Shown: positions 38,821 through 53,747, counted from the first letter of the whole stretch. The stretch is 63,323 bases of DNA, filler included, from Octopus bimaculoides (GCF_001194135.2; 4 parts of 4 records of this genome joined end to end with filler, not necessarily neighbours in it); one strand, 5' to 3'. A program made the numbers and translations. The notes: generated from the letters alone by a model not told the origin.

Positions 38821-40614
38821 AATAGTTAAATAATTTCATCAAGAGACAATGGCTAATTGAGAATTGGCAAAATAGGTGAGGTTGTGCTGGTCGTTAAGAT
38901 CAAACGGATTATATGGAGAAATAAAACTTAAACGTTGAACAAGCAATTTACTTGGTAATAACAGCAGGAGCAAGATCATATTAATACGGGTGGACGGTTG
39001 AGAGAAGAATGGAGAGATTGTCCTTGGATTAAATAAATTAGTTATTGCTATTGTTTAGCCCTAGGTCAAACATAATCAAGCATATTTATGATCAAGGACA
39101 CACTGGCTGTAATCATCCTGTCTCTTTTTGCACTGTATGTATTGTAACCCACTCCACATACCCCTTTATTAAGGACATATAAAAGAGAACAATGGTTGAG
39201 AAGTTATGTTCAGCAGTATTTAGTTACGTGCCTGTAGGTTGTGAGTTCAAATCCCACCAGAGGTGACTTTAGCTTTTATCTCTTTGGAACCGATAAAATG
39301 CGTACGTATCAATTACTGGAATCGATGTAATAAACGTTTTTCCCCCCATCGACAATCGCAAATGACATGGTGTGCGTATTTCTTTCCATAAACAGAAAAT
39401 GAGCCAACGTAAAAGCCGCTAGGTGGTCGTTTGATATTGAGAGAATTAGTTGCCAAACCTCATTGCAATCACACCCTACTGTTTTGATAATGACAGGCAC
39501 ATTGGATGATATAGTTCTAAATCCCCTGTGTTTAAATAAAACGTGGCATCATCACAGTTGGACCATCTTTGATAAGTCTGCGTGATCAAATGTTACCTAG
39601 GGCTATATTGCAACGAATGCAAATACAACGATAACAAGCATTGTGGTTATTTAGTTCATTATCAGTTTCAGTTTTTCCTACGCTCTCGAGCAAAATGGGC
39701 CGCAAACTGACACCACTGGTTTCTGTTGGTTGTGTTCTTTTCTGCATTCGGGCATGTGATGCTGGCCTCCATCATGTCAGTTATGTATTTCTGCACCATG
39801 TAATTTTCGGTTTACATCTTTATTTTCCCCATCCAGTACTATCCATTTGAAAGCTGTTTTAGAATGGTGTTGCTCTGAAAGCTGGGGTATGCGACTTGCA
39901 AGTTTCAATCTTCATTTTGCAATGACTTTGCTAAGTAGTCTCATATTGGCTCACTGTCTTCATTGATTATGTAGTCTCGCTATTACGTTCTCAGAATCCT
40001 TCTCAAGCATTGTTGGTGAACTGGTGAATCACATCTAGCTTTCTGTCGATATTTTCGCTGCTCTTCCGTGTCTCGCAGTATACCAGGCGAGATAGCTGGA
40101 GCAAAACTCAGCCCAAATGCAACACTGAAAGAAAACAGAGAAGGACTTTTCTGATGACAGGAGAACAAGGCTAACGAGAAACATTTAATCAACGAACACC
40201 GACAGAACTGTAGAACTTTAACCAAAGAAGAGGGTAAGCTAACCCGAGGTGTAGGTGAAGATCCAGTAACGAGCGAAGAGACAATACAAGCTATGAAAAT
40301 GCTGTAGAACAACAAACCTGTTGGACTGGATGAAATCACTACAGAAATGCTTAGACATGGAGGAAACATTGTAATGACTGATGAAAATTCTGAATTGCCG
40401 AAACCGTGAAGCCACCAAATAAGAGAGGTTTTATTCAGCTGCAATAATTGGCGGAGCATCACACTGTCGTTAGTGCCTGGTAAAGTGTTCTGTTCTGTGC
40501 TTCTAAACAGGCTGAAAGAGGTTGTGACACCAGACGATGAGAGAGACAAGGTGGATGTCGTAACAACCGATCTTGCACCGAGCAAACTTTCACCCTCAGA
40601 AATAATATTGGTTT

Positions 40615-40812
40615 CAACACAAGGCCAGCAATTTTAGGGGAGTGGGTAAGTCGATGACATCGACCCCAGTTCTCAACTGATACTTATTTTATTGACCCTA
40701 AAAGGATGAAAGGCTATGTCAACCTCGACGTAATTTGAACTCCAAACGTAAAGACGGGACAAATGCTGCCAAGCATTTTGCCCTGTGGCAACGATTCGGC
40801 AAGCTCGCCACC
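40615..40812 (-). mobile_element. tRNA-derived SINE (second family) with about 19-bp diverged TSD
   Basis: Minus-strand ggtggcgagcttgccgaatcgttgcc..gagttcaaattacgtcgagg..ctttcatcc. Flanked by ccctcagaaataatattgg and cactcagaaattattttgg. Confidence 0.8.
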
Positions 40813-40841
40813 TTACACTCAGAAATTATTTTGGACAGTGT

Positions 40842-41142
40842 TCTTTCTTTCTTTTCGCCCTTTTAAAGCCTAGTCAGGCTCATGGGACCGGTTTCCCGGT
40901 TTCTGTGGCGTATGTGTCCCCCTACCCCAGCTGGACGGGACGCCAGTCCATCGCAGCTTTACTCAAGAAACGGGAAGAAAGAGTGAGAGAAAGTTGGGGC
41001 AAAAGAGTACAACAGGCGTCGCCCCCCCCCCTACCGGAGCCTCGTCGAGCTTTAGGTGTTTTCGCTCAATAAACACACACAACGCCCGGTCTGGGAATCG
41101 AAACCGCGAGTCCGCTGCCTTAACCACTGGGCCATTGCGCCA
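40842..41142 (-). mobile_element. tRNA-derived SINE (third family) with perfect 11-bp TSD
   Basis: Head ggcgcaatggcccagtggttaagg..ggtttcgattccc and an (AAAG)n tail. TSD ttggacagtgt at 40831-40841 and 41143-41153. Confidence 0.88.
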
Positions 41143-42789
41143 TTGGACAGTGTACTGATCATCAAATGCCACTGAAGATGAATTCTATTGACTTTAGAAA
41201 AGTAGTTGATAATGTCCAGAGTCTCTGTGAAGCGTTGCCTTGCACTAAAAATGACCCTAATTGATTTATCAATATCTTTAAAGAACGGGAAAATTTCGCA
41301 AATTTTCGATGCTGTGTTCCTGGAAAAACTGACTTCTTCGACATTCTTACTTGAGTGAGTCATGGCTGCATTCTGTTGCTCTTTCTGTTCTTCCAAACAG
41401 TACACTTTTTCTTAAAGAAAATAACAAACATATCCGATTGAGAAATACCATAGAAACAACAAACAAGTCTGAAGGACCAGGACTCTGCTGATGACATTGT
41501 CAGGCTCACTAAGACGATAAAAATTGCCAAATGTGTAGCAGACCTAAAGCAGAATGCTGGAAAGATTAGTATGGGATTCAATATGGAGAAGACCAAAAAA
41601 AAAAAAAAAATCTCAAGCAATGACCGTTGAATAACAACGATCATAAAGATCAATCAGCAAACTATCAGGACTATAAATACGATACATTTACTTATCTAGG
41701 TTGTATCATCAATAACAACGGCGATGTTTATGCTGACGTCAATCTGGGAACTGGCTAAACTGCAGCCATATTCTAGAGAATGAGTGCTATTTTGTCCTTC
41801 AACGCCGTTGGTCTTCACACAAAGATCTGGTATTTACTCACATTATGTTAAATTCTCAGTTCAATTACCGGCTTTCGTCACCAAGCGAAATTTAATAGTA
41901 GTCATTGGAGTGTTGTCTAATCAAAAATTTATTTTTATTACCTGTTATAAATTGGATCTTCAGTTATTTAGTTGCTGGTTATTTTTTCTTTTCTTTTCTA
42001 AGACCATACAGGANNNNNNNNNNNNNNNNNNNNNNNNNNNNNNNNNNNNNNNNNNNNNNNNNNNNNNNNNNNNNNNNNNNNNNNNNNNNNNNNNNNNNNN
42101 NNNNNNNNNNNNNNNNNNNNNNNNNNNNNNNNNNNNNNNNNNNNNNNNNNNNNNNNNNNNNNNNNNNNNNNNNNNNNNNNNNNNNNNNNNNNNNNNNNNN
42201 NNNNNNNNNNNNNNNNNNNNNNNNNNNNNNNNNNNNNNNNNNNNNNNNNNNNNNNNNNNNNNNNNNNNNNNNNNNNNNNNNNNNNNNNNNNNNNNNNNNN
42301 NNNNNNNNNNNNNNNNNNNNNNNNNNNNNNNNNNNNNNNNNNNNATATATATATATGTATATATATGTATATATATATATATGTATATATATGTATATAT
42401 ATATATATGTATATATATGTATATATATATATATATATATGTGAGAGAGAGAGATTAATGAATGTGTATCTATATATATCGATACGTAATCAATCACACA
42501 GGTGGGGGAAGAAAACTAGCAAAAAGACAGTCAGATATATGGACGCGTACGTAGATAAGTACGCATGTATTCCTCACGTACATCCTAATTAATCTTAGCG
42601 TAGTATATATATATATATATATATATATACATACAGTACACGCGCACACATACACACACACACGTATATATACAAGCATATACATATGAATGTTGTATGT
42701 ATATAAATATATATATATATAATATACAATTATACATACATGCATACAGACATACATACGTACCCCCCACCCACATATATATATATACA

Positions 42790-43005
42790 CAGGGTGCGTA
42801 AGATATTTGAGGATAGATTTATGTTTAAAAAAAAACCAGATATATAATAACAAATAACTTTATTTATCAAAAAATGCTATGAGGATAAAAATAAACCTTC
42901 TCTTCTATAATGTTATTCAATAAAGTCACCTTCAGCTTCAACAACTGCTTCTACATGAGATCTAAATCATCTACATATTCAAATCAAGTGGCAGAAATAC
43001 GAAGT
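42790..43005 (-). mobile_element. Truncated end of the same maT-like family as 5782-7044
   Basis: cagggtgcgtaagatatttgaggatag.. through ..gagatctaaatcatctaca..aatcaagtgg is collinear with 5782-5990. Confidence 0.85.
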
Positions 43006-43227
43006 AAAGGAAATCAGGGACATCATATACAATAGCTTGCAAAGAAAAAAGAATTAGGTTGAAAGTCCCTTTTGGATACCAAAAAAGGCTGAAACCTGAC
43101 CGTCGAACTCAAACCTACACCTCATGTAATATTTAGAGGTGTTCTTAGAATGTACCAAAGCAACACTTCGACTTTCTTTCCTTGTTTTGGTGACTTTATT
43201 CCTATGATGTCAACAATATACAAAGAA

Positions 43228-43640
43228 AGAAGGCAGCGAGCCGGCAGAAACGTTAGCAGGCCGTGCGAAATGCTTAGCGGTATTTCGTCTGCCACTACGT
43301 TCTGAGTTCAAATTCCGCCGAGGTCGACTTTGCCTTTCATCCTTTCGGGGGTCGATTAAATAAGTACCAGTTTCGCACTGGAGTAAATATATAATCGACT
43401 TAATCTGTTTGTCTGTCCTTGTTTGTCCCCTCTGCGTATAACCCCTTGTGGGCAGTAAAGAAATAGGTATTTCGTCCGCCTTTAGGTTCTGAATTCAAAT
43501 TTCTCCGAGGTTTGACTTTATCTTTCATACCTTCGGGGTCGATAAAATGAACACCTGTTGCACACTGGGGTTGATGCATTCGACTAGTTCTTCTCTCTGC
43601 CTCCCCTAATATTTCAGGCCTTGTGCTTATAGTAGAAAAA
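43228..43640 (+). mobile_element. tRNA-derived SINE (second family) with tandem partial repeat
   Basis: gaaggcagcgagccggcagaaacgttagc..gagttcaaattccgccgaggtcgactttgcctttcatcctttcggg. A related minus-strand copy lies at about 50250-50472. Confidence 0.85.
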
Positions 43641-44401
43641 AAGAATAGTTATTAAGATGGGTTGAAGAATTCGAAGTATGTTTTTTGGCAGATAGATAGG
43701 TAGGTAGGTAGGTAGGTAGATAGATAGATAGATAGATAGGCACACAATAGGCATATCGAAACACAGAACATTTAAGCATTATATAATGAATTTCTGACAC
43801 ACGATCAAAGGCTTTCTACGGCAAAAGAATCAAAGCGAAGTGTTTTCTGTGTCTTTTGTCGGCGATGTTGTAGAAATCGGGGCACTACAAACGGAATCTT
43901 ACGGAATCACAGCCGAATTAACACCAATGTAACACAGAATAGGAAACGTGAAACGCTCTGGTGTATTTATATTTATTAAATATCTTGTTTGCTGATGAAT
44001 ATGAAGAAAGAACAGAGAAGACATATTAAAAGATGGCCGATCAGTAAAATGGCAGGAGAGAGAATAATTAATTTTAGATGCAGGGAATGGATTAAATTCG
44101 ATCGATAGAACGGTATTATAATACTCTATGAACGCATGTATGTATATGTGTATGTATAAACTCAGGTATATATGTTTGTGTATAAGTATGTATGCTTGTA
44201 TATTTTTTTTATATATGCTTGCATGTATGTTTGTATGTACCATTATATTCGTATGTATCTATGTACCCATCTTTGCATATGTGCATATATTTAGATATGT
44301 ATGTATGCACATAAGCATACATATGTATGTATGAATATGTATAAATGTATGTGCGTATGTATGTATGTATATGCATATGTATATGCGTGTATGTGCAAAT
44401 A

Positions 44402-44446
<45 letters not shown>

Positions 44447-45991
44447 CTCTCAATCTCTCTCGCTCTCTTCCTGTATATATATAGAGAGAGAGAGAAAGAG
44501 AGGAAAGAGAATGATAGATATAAAGCAATGTGCATGCGCATGCGCGCGCACACAGACACACATATTCATACGTATATATTAGAAATCTGTACGTTTTTTG
44601 TTCGAATTTACCTCCTACTATTACAACATGCATACAAACGAACAGACGTCCTTTTCACACACATAATACATAAATACATACATGCATGCATACATACATA
44701 CATACATACATCTATTCATGCGTATATGAAAATCATAAACATATTTCCTATTATTCATGCGCATTCGTACGTGTCAGTGCCCGTCATTGTTTTTCTCCCT
44801 CGCTCTGTCTGTCTGTCTGTCTGTCTGTCTAACTATATATCTACTTATCTATCTATCTATTTATCTATCAATCTATCAATCTATCTATCTATCTATATNN
44901 NNNNNNNNNNNNNNNNNNNNNNNNNNNNNNNNNNNNNNNNNNNNNNNNNNNNNNNNNNNNNNNNNNNNNNNNNNNNNNNNNNNNNNNNNNNNNNNNNNNN
45001 NNNNNNNNNNNNNNNNNNNNNNNNNNNNNNNNNNNNNNNNNNNNNNNNNNNNNNNNNNNNNNNNNNNNNNNNNNNNNNNNNNNNNNNNNNNNNNNNNNNN
45101 NNNNNNNNNNNNNNNNNNNNNNNNNNNNNNNNNNNNNNNNNNNNNNNNNNNNNNNNNNNNNNNNNNNNNNNNNNNNNNNNNNNNNNNNNNNNNNNNNNNN
45201 NNNNNNNNNNNNNNNNNNNNNNNNNNNNNNNNNNNNNNNNNNNNNNNNNNNNNNNNNNNNNNNNNNNNNNNNNNNNNNNNNNNNNNNNNNNNNNNNNNNN
45301 NNNNNNNNNNNNNNNNNNNNNNNNNNNNNNNNNNNNNNNNNNNNNNNNNNNNTATATATATATATATATGTATATATACACACACACACATATGTAGATA
45401 TATACATTTACAACGAGAGAGAGAGAAAGAATGGAGAGTGAGAAGCAGAGAAATTTTGATCAAGCCAAACAGGCACAGAAACGTACGTGTACGCTGAATC
45501 ATAAGAAAACGCGCGCATGTATAAGCAAGTTACCGGCGAAAAAAGAAAGACGACATAGCTGGGAGAATATGCGTATTTGCATGTAAATGTATTTGTGCAC
45601 GTACGTTAGTTGGATGTTCAAAGCTCTTGAAAGTTTGAGAAAAAAAAAACTCATTTTTAAGAGCAATCGCATAGACGCACGCGTGCGCAGTACACGCATA
45701 CTCACACAGACGAAATTACGACTCGCTCCGGTTTTACATACAAACCGCCTGCGTTATGTTTTTCAATAACCAGAGGCGCTTCATTGCAGTGTCTCAAAAT
45801 GCTAAGAATAGCAGTCAAGCTTGATTTCAATTTCAGACTTCTGTTTTAGAGAAAGAGAAGACCATACTTGACAATTTGCCCTTGGGCATGAAATAACAGA
45901 TGGGCATTGATGAACTTGGTCAAGGTGCCACTTGAGCAAGTGTTTTCTACTACAGCAACGGTATGACCAAACTGAAAAGAGCCTTTCATGA

Positions 45992-46047
<56 letters not shown>

Positions 46048-46867
46048 TGGAAATTGTGTGGAATCCTTGATACAGTTAGGTATTTTTGAAAAAGGAAAAG
46101 AATGACTTCGCTGGTATTTCTAATCAATTTATTTTTCTAATAATATAATATAATTTTGCAGATTGCCTTGTAGATCTAATAAATTCTTTGTTAACTTCGG
46201 TGGGGAGATTTTTTTAAAGATCCTTTGTTAACTTTTCTAAAAAAACTTTATAGCATTCNNNNNNNNNNNNNNNNNNNNNNNNNNNNNNNNNNNNNNNNNN
46301 NNNNNNNNNNNNNNNNNNNNNNNNNNNNNNNNNNNNNNNNNNNNNNNNNNNNNNNNNNNNNNNNNNNNNNNNNNNNNNNNNNNNNNNNNNNNNNNNNNNN
46401 NNNNNNNNNNNNNNNNNNNNNNNNNNNNNNNNNNNNNNNNNNNNNNNNNNNNNNNNNNNNNNNNNNNNNNNNNNNNNNNNNNNNNNNNNNNNNNNNNNNN
46501 NNNNNNNNNNNNNNNNNNNNNNNNNNNNNNNNNNNNNNNNNNNNNNNNNNNNNNNNNNNNNNNNNNNNNNNNNNNNNNNNNNNNNNNNNNNNNNNNNNNN
46601 NNNNNNNNNNNNNNNNNNNNNNNNNNNNNNNNNNNNNNNNNNNNNNNNNNNNNNNNNNNNNNNNNNNNNNNNNNNNNNNNNNNNNNNNNNNNNNNNNNNN
46701 NNNNNNNNNNNNNNNNNNNNNNNNNNNNNNNNNNNNNNNNNNNNNNNNNNNNNNNNNNNNNNNNNNNNNNNNNNNNNNNNNNNNNNNNNNNNNNNNNNNN
46801 NNNNNNNNNNNNNNNNNNNNNNNNNNNNNNNNNNNNNNNNNNNNNNNNNNNNNNNNNNNNNNNNNNN

Positions 46868-46902
<35 letters not shown>

Positions 46903-47292
46903 ATGTATGTATGCATGTATATATGTATACATACGTATATCTATCTATATAAGATGCGAAAATACATCAATCACATAACCTACTTATACTTTGTCACGAA
47001 GGAACAATACATGTTAATGATGTTAAGTTTGGAGCATATGTATAGAAGCATATCTTATGAATGATTGTCTATGCTCGGTTACAGATAGCATGCTTAAGCC
47101 GATATAACGTGAGTAGTTAATATTATTTTGATGTTGTGTCTGTTCGCTCCACAATTCTTGGTAGTTAACGATGTTGTGTTATTTATGCAATGAATCGTTG
47201 CCGCTGTATGCGTGTACATAAGTGCACTTATCTGTATGTATGTGTGCACGAATTTATTTACATGTGTGTGTGTGCTTGCGTGTGTGTATGTG

Positions 47293-47330
<38 letters not shown>

Positions 47331-48059
47331 NNNNNNNNNNNNNNNNNNNNNNNNNNNNNNNNNNNNNNNNNNNNNNNNNNNNNNNNNNNNNNNNNNNNNN
47401 NNNNNNNNNNNNNNNNNNNNNNNNNNNNNNNNNNNNNNNNNNNNNNNNNNNNNNNNNNNNNNNNNNNNNNNNNNNNNNNNNNNNNNNNNNNNNNNNNNNN
47501 NNNNNNNNNNNNNNNNNNNNNNNNNNNNNNNNNNNNNNNNNNNNNNNNNNNNNNNNNNNNNNNNNNNNNNNNNNNNNNNNNNNNNNNNNNNNNNNNNNNN
47601 NNNNNNNNNNNNNNNNNNNNNNNNNNNNNNNNNNNNNNNNNNNNNNNNNNNNNNNNNNNNNNNNNNNNNNNNNNNNNNNNNNNNNNNNNNNNNNNNNNNN
47701 NNNNNNNNNNNNNNNNNNNNNNNNNNNNNNNNNNNNNNNNNNNNNNNNNNNNNNNNNNNNNNNNNNNNNNNNNNNNNNNNNNNNNNNNNNNNNNNNNNNN
47801 NNNNNNNNNNNNNNNNNNNNNNNNNNNNNNNNNNNNNNNNNNNNNNNNNNNNNNNNNNNNNNNNNNNNNNNNNNNNNNNNNNNNNNNNNNNNNNNNNNNN
47901 NNNNNNNNNNNNNNNNNNNNNNNNNNNNNNNNNNNNNNNNNNNNNNNNNNNNNNNNNNNNNNNNNNNNNNNNNNNNNNNNNNNNNNNNNNNNNNNNNNNN
48001 NNNNNNNNNNNNNNNNNNNNNNNNNNNNNNNNNNNNNNNNNNNNNNNNNNNNNNNNNNN

Positions 48060-48113
<54 letters not shown>

Positions 48114-49295
48114 TGTATATATATTTATGCCTTGCCTATATATGTATGTAGCTATGTACACGCGTCTCTGTTTTAGTGTATAGATGGTTTGGTGTGTGCA
48201 TATATTACTACTATGCATATATTACTATGGTATGTGCATATATTACATACTATGCATATATTACTACTATAGATGGTTTGGTATGTGCATATACTACTAT
48301 ATGTATATATAATCCAACGTGAAATTTTTTTTAAACGGATATAACTTTTAACGTATTAATTGATTACCAAAACGTTATCTGCAGTAGCAACAACAGCTAC
48401 AAGTACAGGCAGAAGAGCAACAGCCAGAACAATATGTATCCTGTACGACAGAAGCAGTTATTAGAAACTTTTTATGAAGAGATGTTTCATGCAAGCTGAG
48501 TCTGTGGTTCATTTCTTGTCACAGAAAAATCCTGCGGAGGTTCTAAGAACAATTGTATATTTACCAAGCATATTTGAGAAGACACATAAGGAGCTCGAAG
48601 CACCGCGGTATCCTATAGTTTCTATACTGATGAATCACGTGTTATGAACACACATCTACTATAAGCATGAGCTGTTCATCAACGATGTAAAAAAATCAGC
48701 GTTCAGATATTCGCGTTCAAATATAACAGATTGTATTGAGAATGAAGAGATACGATATTGTTTGGATTCATGTTGTTTGCATGCACCCCATGAATTAATA
48801 ATAAACTCTGCTCCATATATATTTGCCCTTTTATTATGAAATTGGAATCAATCTCACAAAGGCCTGCCAAACCTCGAACGACATCAATAATACCCAATAC
48901 AGTTCCTCAAGTCATTTGTAGAACCATCAGCAAATTCAAAATATCATTTCCTACATATAACCATACTGTCCAGACGTACTGACGTCACGGAGAAATGATC
49001 AAATAAAACTTAATCAAATTTCTAGAATAAAAACGTGAGAAAGTTACGTTTACGTTTGACAAATTTGTCAATAAACTCTTTCTAACTTTTGAAACGTCTC
49101 TTCACACGACTATTGTCTCGTCTTCTACGTATTAGTAATGGCTTCACATTTTAGCACAAGGCTGGCAATTTCGGGATAAAGAGTAAGTCTGTTACATATT
49201 CTGTTGACTTCTTATGCCGAACCTTTTAAGTTACGGAGATGTAAACACACCAACACCGGTTGTCAAACGATGATGAGGGATAAACACAGACATAA

Positions 49296-49360
<65 letters not shown>

Positions 49361-51519
49361 GCGGGCTTCTTTCAGTTTCCGTCTATTAAATCCACTCTCA
49401 AGGCTTTGGTCGGCTCGAGGCTATAGTAGAAGACATTTGCTCAAAGTGTCACGCAGTGGGACTGAACCTCGAACCATGTGGTTGGAAAGCAAGCTTCTTA
49501 TCACGCAGCCACAACTACGCCAATATACCAAATGTAGTTCCATTGCCATATAAGAGACCACAAAAATTAATAGGTACCTTATGGAGTCTGCTATGCTGGT
49601 TCATGTGTACCTACTCCTCATGTAGTATCTCCGCGGTACCTCTTCGCTGATTCATTACATAAAGCAGAATAGCTTGAAAGCAGTTCTATTTCGTAACGGA
49701 AAATTTTGAACAAAGAAAGACGATCAATGCCTTCGACAATACCCATGATATGGAGGAAACGGAGAGATCAATAAACTAGCTGATGTTTTTGTAATGTAAA
49801 CATAATTAATTTTTCCGCAAAAGACAAATACAAATCTATCCAAACCCGTATTCACCAATTTGACCAGTTCAGTATGATGAAACAATGCCCATTCTGTTTC
49901 TCCAAAACGGGCTTCGAGTTTCCACACATGATAAAATGGTTAATGATGATGTAAGTCCAGTTGGTGGAGATCTGCTGGACTTTCTATAGACCCTGAATAC
50001 ATATCTTTTATCGTTTATCTTTCACTTGGTTCAGTTATGAGAATGCGACAAGGCTGGGACGCTGCCTTGAAATTTTAGTCGAGTGACTCGATCCCAGGAC
50101 TTAGTCTATCGGTCTTTTTTGCCGAACCGTTAAGTTATGGGGATACAAACACACCAAGCGGTGGTGGTGGTTGGGACAAACACAAACAGAAAGACACACA
50201 CACGCACACACAGATATACATATATATACGTATATAATTACTTTTTTCTTTATTTCCCACAAGGGGCTAAACATAGAGGGGACAAACAAGAACAGACAAA
50301 GGGATTAAGTTGATTACATCAAATCCAGTGCGTAACTGGTACTTAATTTATCGACCCCGAAAGGATGAAAGGCAAAGTCGACCTCGGCAGAATTTGAACT
50401 CAGAAAGTCACGGCAGACGAAATACCGCTAAGCATTTCGTCCAGCGTGCTAACGTTTCTGCCAGCTCACCGTCTTACATATATGTATATGTATGGAATAT
50501 CTTTGATTATGTGTCTACTTGACCAGAGCTTCGTTAATATGGTCCAAGATACAGTGTATCTGAATATAAGATTGGGTGGTCACTGCTGGAACGCCCTTTG
50601 TTCAATGGTATACTGAATTATGTTTGACCTGGGTCGAAACAGGAACAATTAGTTATAATTACAGCATCTGCCAAACAACAAAATATAATTAATACAACGA
50701 CGTCAACAGCGACAACAATAGCAATAACCATGACAACAACAACAACAATAATACCAGCCCTGAAGATTAACAGTAGGAAGGTGCTTAATAAAGGTAGTAG
50801 TGGTGGTGGTGGTGGTGGTGGTGGAGGTGGTGGTGCACTCAGTTATGTTGTAATGATTACGCTGTTCATGATGATAATAATAATGATGATGATGATGATG
50901 ATGAGAGCGACAACAATAACAACAATATCAATTGCACACTGGTTGTCGTCATAGCTACTGCACCGGAGGCAGGACATAAAAGATGAAAAACAAAAAATGA
51001 TGGATGGATGGATGGATGGTTGGTTGGCTACTGAAGCGTGCCCATTAACAGGTAGACACGGAGGAGAATATGACACGAACAGCGATATCAGCAGCAACAG
51101 TAGCAACAACAACAATAGTCGGAGTTTCAGCTGGAAAATAAGTTATGTTATGGTATCGTTAAAAAGTTCCTTTCGTAAGCGTCTGCGGCTTCTTGGGACA
51201 ATGACCTCTGCGGTAGGTCCCAGGATAGGATCAGCCCATTGTCTTCTGAATGAAATTCTATAAACGGAAACCTGTTATCCTTTGCTTCATTTTCAGTTAT
51301 TGGGCTGCGGCCATGCTGGGGCACCGCCTTAGAGGGTTTTAGTCGAACGAAATTGATCCTAGGACTTATTTTTATTTAACGTCTGGTACTTCATTTATCG
51401 GTCTCGTTTGCTGAAACGCTAGCATACGAGGATGTAAACCCACGGACACCGGTTGTCAAGTGGTGGCGGTGACAAATACAGATACGTACACATGCATATC
51501 TATCTATCTATCTATTTGT

Positions 51520-51945
51520 CTGTCTGTCGGTTTGTTTGTCTGTCGGTTTGTTTGTCTGTCGGTTTGTTTGTCTGTCGGTTTGTTTGTCTGTCGGTTTGTT
51601 TGTCTGTCGGTTTGTNNNNNNNNNNNNNNNNNNNNNNNNNNNNNNNNNNNNNNNNNNNNNNNNNNNNNNNNNNNNNNNNNNNNNNNNNNNNNNNNNNNNN
51701 NNNNNNNNNNNNNNNNNNNNNNNNNNNNNNNNNNNNNNNNNNNNNNNNNNNNNNNNNNNNNNNNNNNNNNNNNNNNNNNNNNNNNNNNNNNNNNNNNNNN
51801 NNNNNNNNNNNNNNNNNNNNNNNNNNNNNNNNNNNNNNNNNNNNNNNNNNNNNNNNNTTGTCTGTCTGTCGGTTTGTCTGTCTGTCGGTTTGTCTGTCTG
51901 TCGGTTTGTCTGTCTGTCGGTTTGTCTGTCTGTCTGTCTGTTTCT
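51520..51945. repeat. 12-bp minisatellite (TGTCTGTCGGTT)n spanning a gap
   Basis: Units are read directly on both sides of the N run. Confidence 0.9.
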
Positions 51946-51964
51946 TTCTTTATCTGTCTGTTTA

Positions 51965-53690
51965 GATGTTGGGCCTTGATTTCTAAGCTACTGCTGTATA
52001 TGGTCCTCACCCTACACGGGATACCTGGGGTCTTTGGAACACTGCAGTGACGTCCAATTCGGGGATTAATATAGCGCTTGATGTCAAAATTTGATGCCAA
52101 CCTTTCCAAGATCTTCCATACATATATTATTGCATATCTCTCACGTCTTCGCTCCAGCGAGTAGAGTCGTAGCTCTTCCGGTCTCTTACAGTAGCTTTGA
52201 TGTTCCATTGAGGCAATCTTCCTGGAGTAGCGCCGCAGAACTGCATCAACTTCAACTATCAATTTGAAACTGTTAGGTGACTACAACTGAAAGCAGTAGT
52301 CCAGACGACTGAGTACAAAAGTCCGCCATTAAACCAACATAATTTCCCAGTCCCTTGTCTGAAGGTTCTCAGAATCCATCCGGCTATTTGCTTACACATT
52401 GTCACCATACTGGTGACATGTACGTGAGGCGAGGAGTCGTTACTCATATCAGTCACCAGATCACGCACTGTACTTGACTTTGGGATCACCGCTCCTTTTG
52501 TTCCAAAGTATTGTTGTTGTAACATGTGAGCAATGGCTAGCTGATAGCGGAGGGCTTAGAATTTACTTGCATTAAATTGCGTGTTGTTTTCTTCAGCCCA
52601 TTTATATATGGCATTTAGGTCTTTCTGTAGAAGATTATCATCGGAATTTCCTTGACTGCTTGTACTACTTTTGTGTCGTCAGCATAGCTAGTAAGTGTGG
52701 CCATCTGCGTAACTGATGGCATGTCCGAGAAAACCACCAGAAACAGCAGCCGCCTAAGACGGTGCCCTGAGGCACTCCATTCTCTATTAATGTCTCCTTG
52801 GAAGTCGGGATATATCACATTCACGTTTGATCGATTTATTAGTTGTTTCAACGTTCAGTCATAATGATGCAAAAGCTGTGTTGGGCAGCTTCTTCCTGAT
52901 CGGAGACCGTGCTGGCTGTCGGGGAGCAAGTCATTATCTTTGAGGAATGCAAGCAGTTTCCTCCTGACAGTTCGTTCCTTGACTTTGCTGACATGGGAAG
53001 TGAGAGAGAGACAGGTCAATAATTGTTAGCATCCGCTCGGTTACCTCCCACATGGATAAGACATGATGCCTTGTTTTAACTTTCTGGGAAGTCTCCCAGT
53101 TGTGAGGAAACTCTGGATCAGGATCTGTAGTGGTCTTGCCAGAGCCCCTTTGCTTTTCTTTGGCAGGATTACTGGGAATCCATCAGGGCTTGTGGCTGAA
53201 TTTGAACTCATTTCATGAATGACTGATATTACAACTATTTCCTCTATTTCTATGTTATCAATAGTTGGCATCACTTTGTGTAGTGCTGAGTTGCCGAAGA
53301 ACTCATCAAGCATAGCTATTTACAAGTGACCCAATGGAATTGTGAAAACATTCTTGTAATACACATTCAGAATTTCTCTGGTGGTCTGCAGTCGATGAAC
53401 CATTTTCTTCGATCAGTAGTGCTATGCTGTACCGTACTGAAGCAGACATTATCGAAAATCTATAGCAGGCTTTAGGGTTTGTCTTCATATATTTAACAAC
53501 CCTGGATTCTCTCCCCGCCCCTTTTCATGGGAATGTCTGAGCTCATTTTCGGTCTCGAGCAATGTTTCTTTGAGGTAGGATCTTTGCTATTCCTCAGGGG
53601 TCAATTTAGACGGTTTGAGATTTTTGCTCGTCGTCTCATTAGAATCCTCCTATACTTGGGAATTATATTTTTCTGTTTGTTTGGCATTAT
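51965..53690 (-). mobile_element. CR1/L2-group LINE, degraded and internally deleted
   Basis: Minus-strand KTNPKACYR, TSPDGFPVILPKKSKGALARPL, SYADDTKV and LRLYSLERRRERYAIIYVWKIL are CR1-type RT and C-terminal motifs. Confidence 0.85.
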
Positions 53691-53747
53691 ATATATACTT
53701 ATATTATATACTTATATTAACTTTATTGGCACTTATAAACACCCACA

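Larger units (their letters stand above)
40240..41900 (+). mobile_element. Degraded RTE-clade LINE reverse transcriptase interrupted by two SINEs
   Basis: NNKPVGLDEITTEMLRHGG, NNWRSITLSLVPGKVF..LLNRLK, RSCTEQTFTLR, IDFRKVVD, DSADDI (=YADD), NMEKTK and FTYLGCII occur in collinear order. Confidence 0.85.

Noticed and set aside
48360-48960. Possible Tc1/IS630-type remnant (YPIV..TDESRV)
   Set aside because: Only one motif is recoverable, across a frameshift, and the second and third catalytic motifs were not found.
49845-49955. Exon-like segment QYDETMPILFLQNGLRVSTHDKMVNDD ending in GTAAGT
   Set aside because: The acceptor is weak, the peptide is unrecognised, and there are no partner exons.
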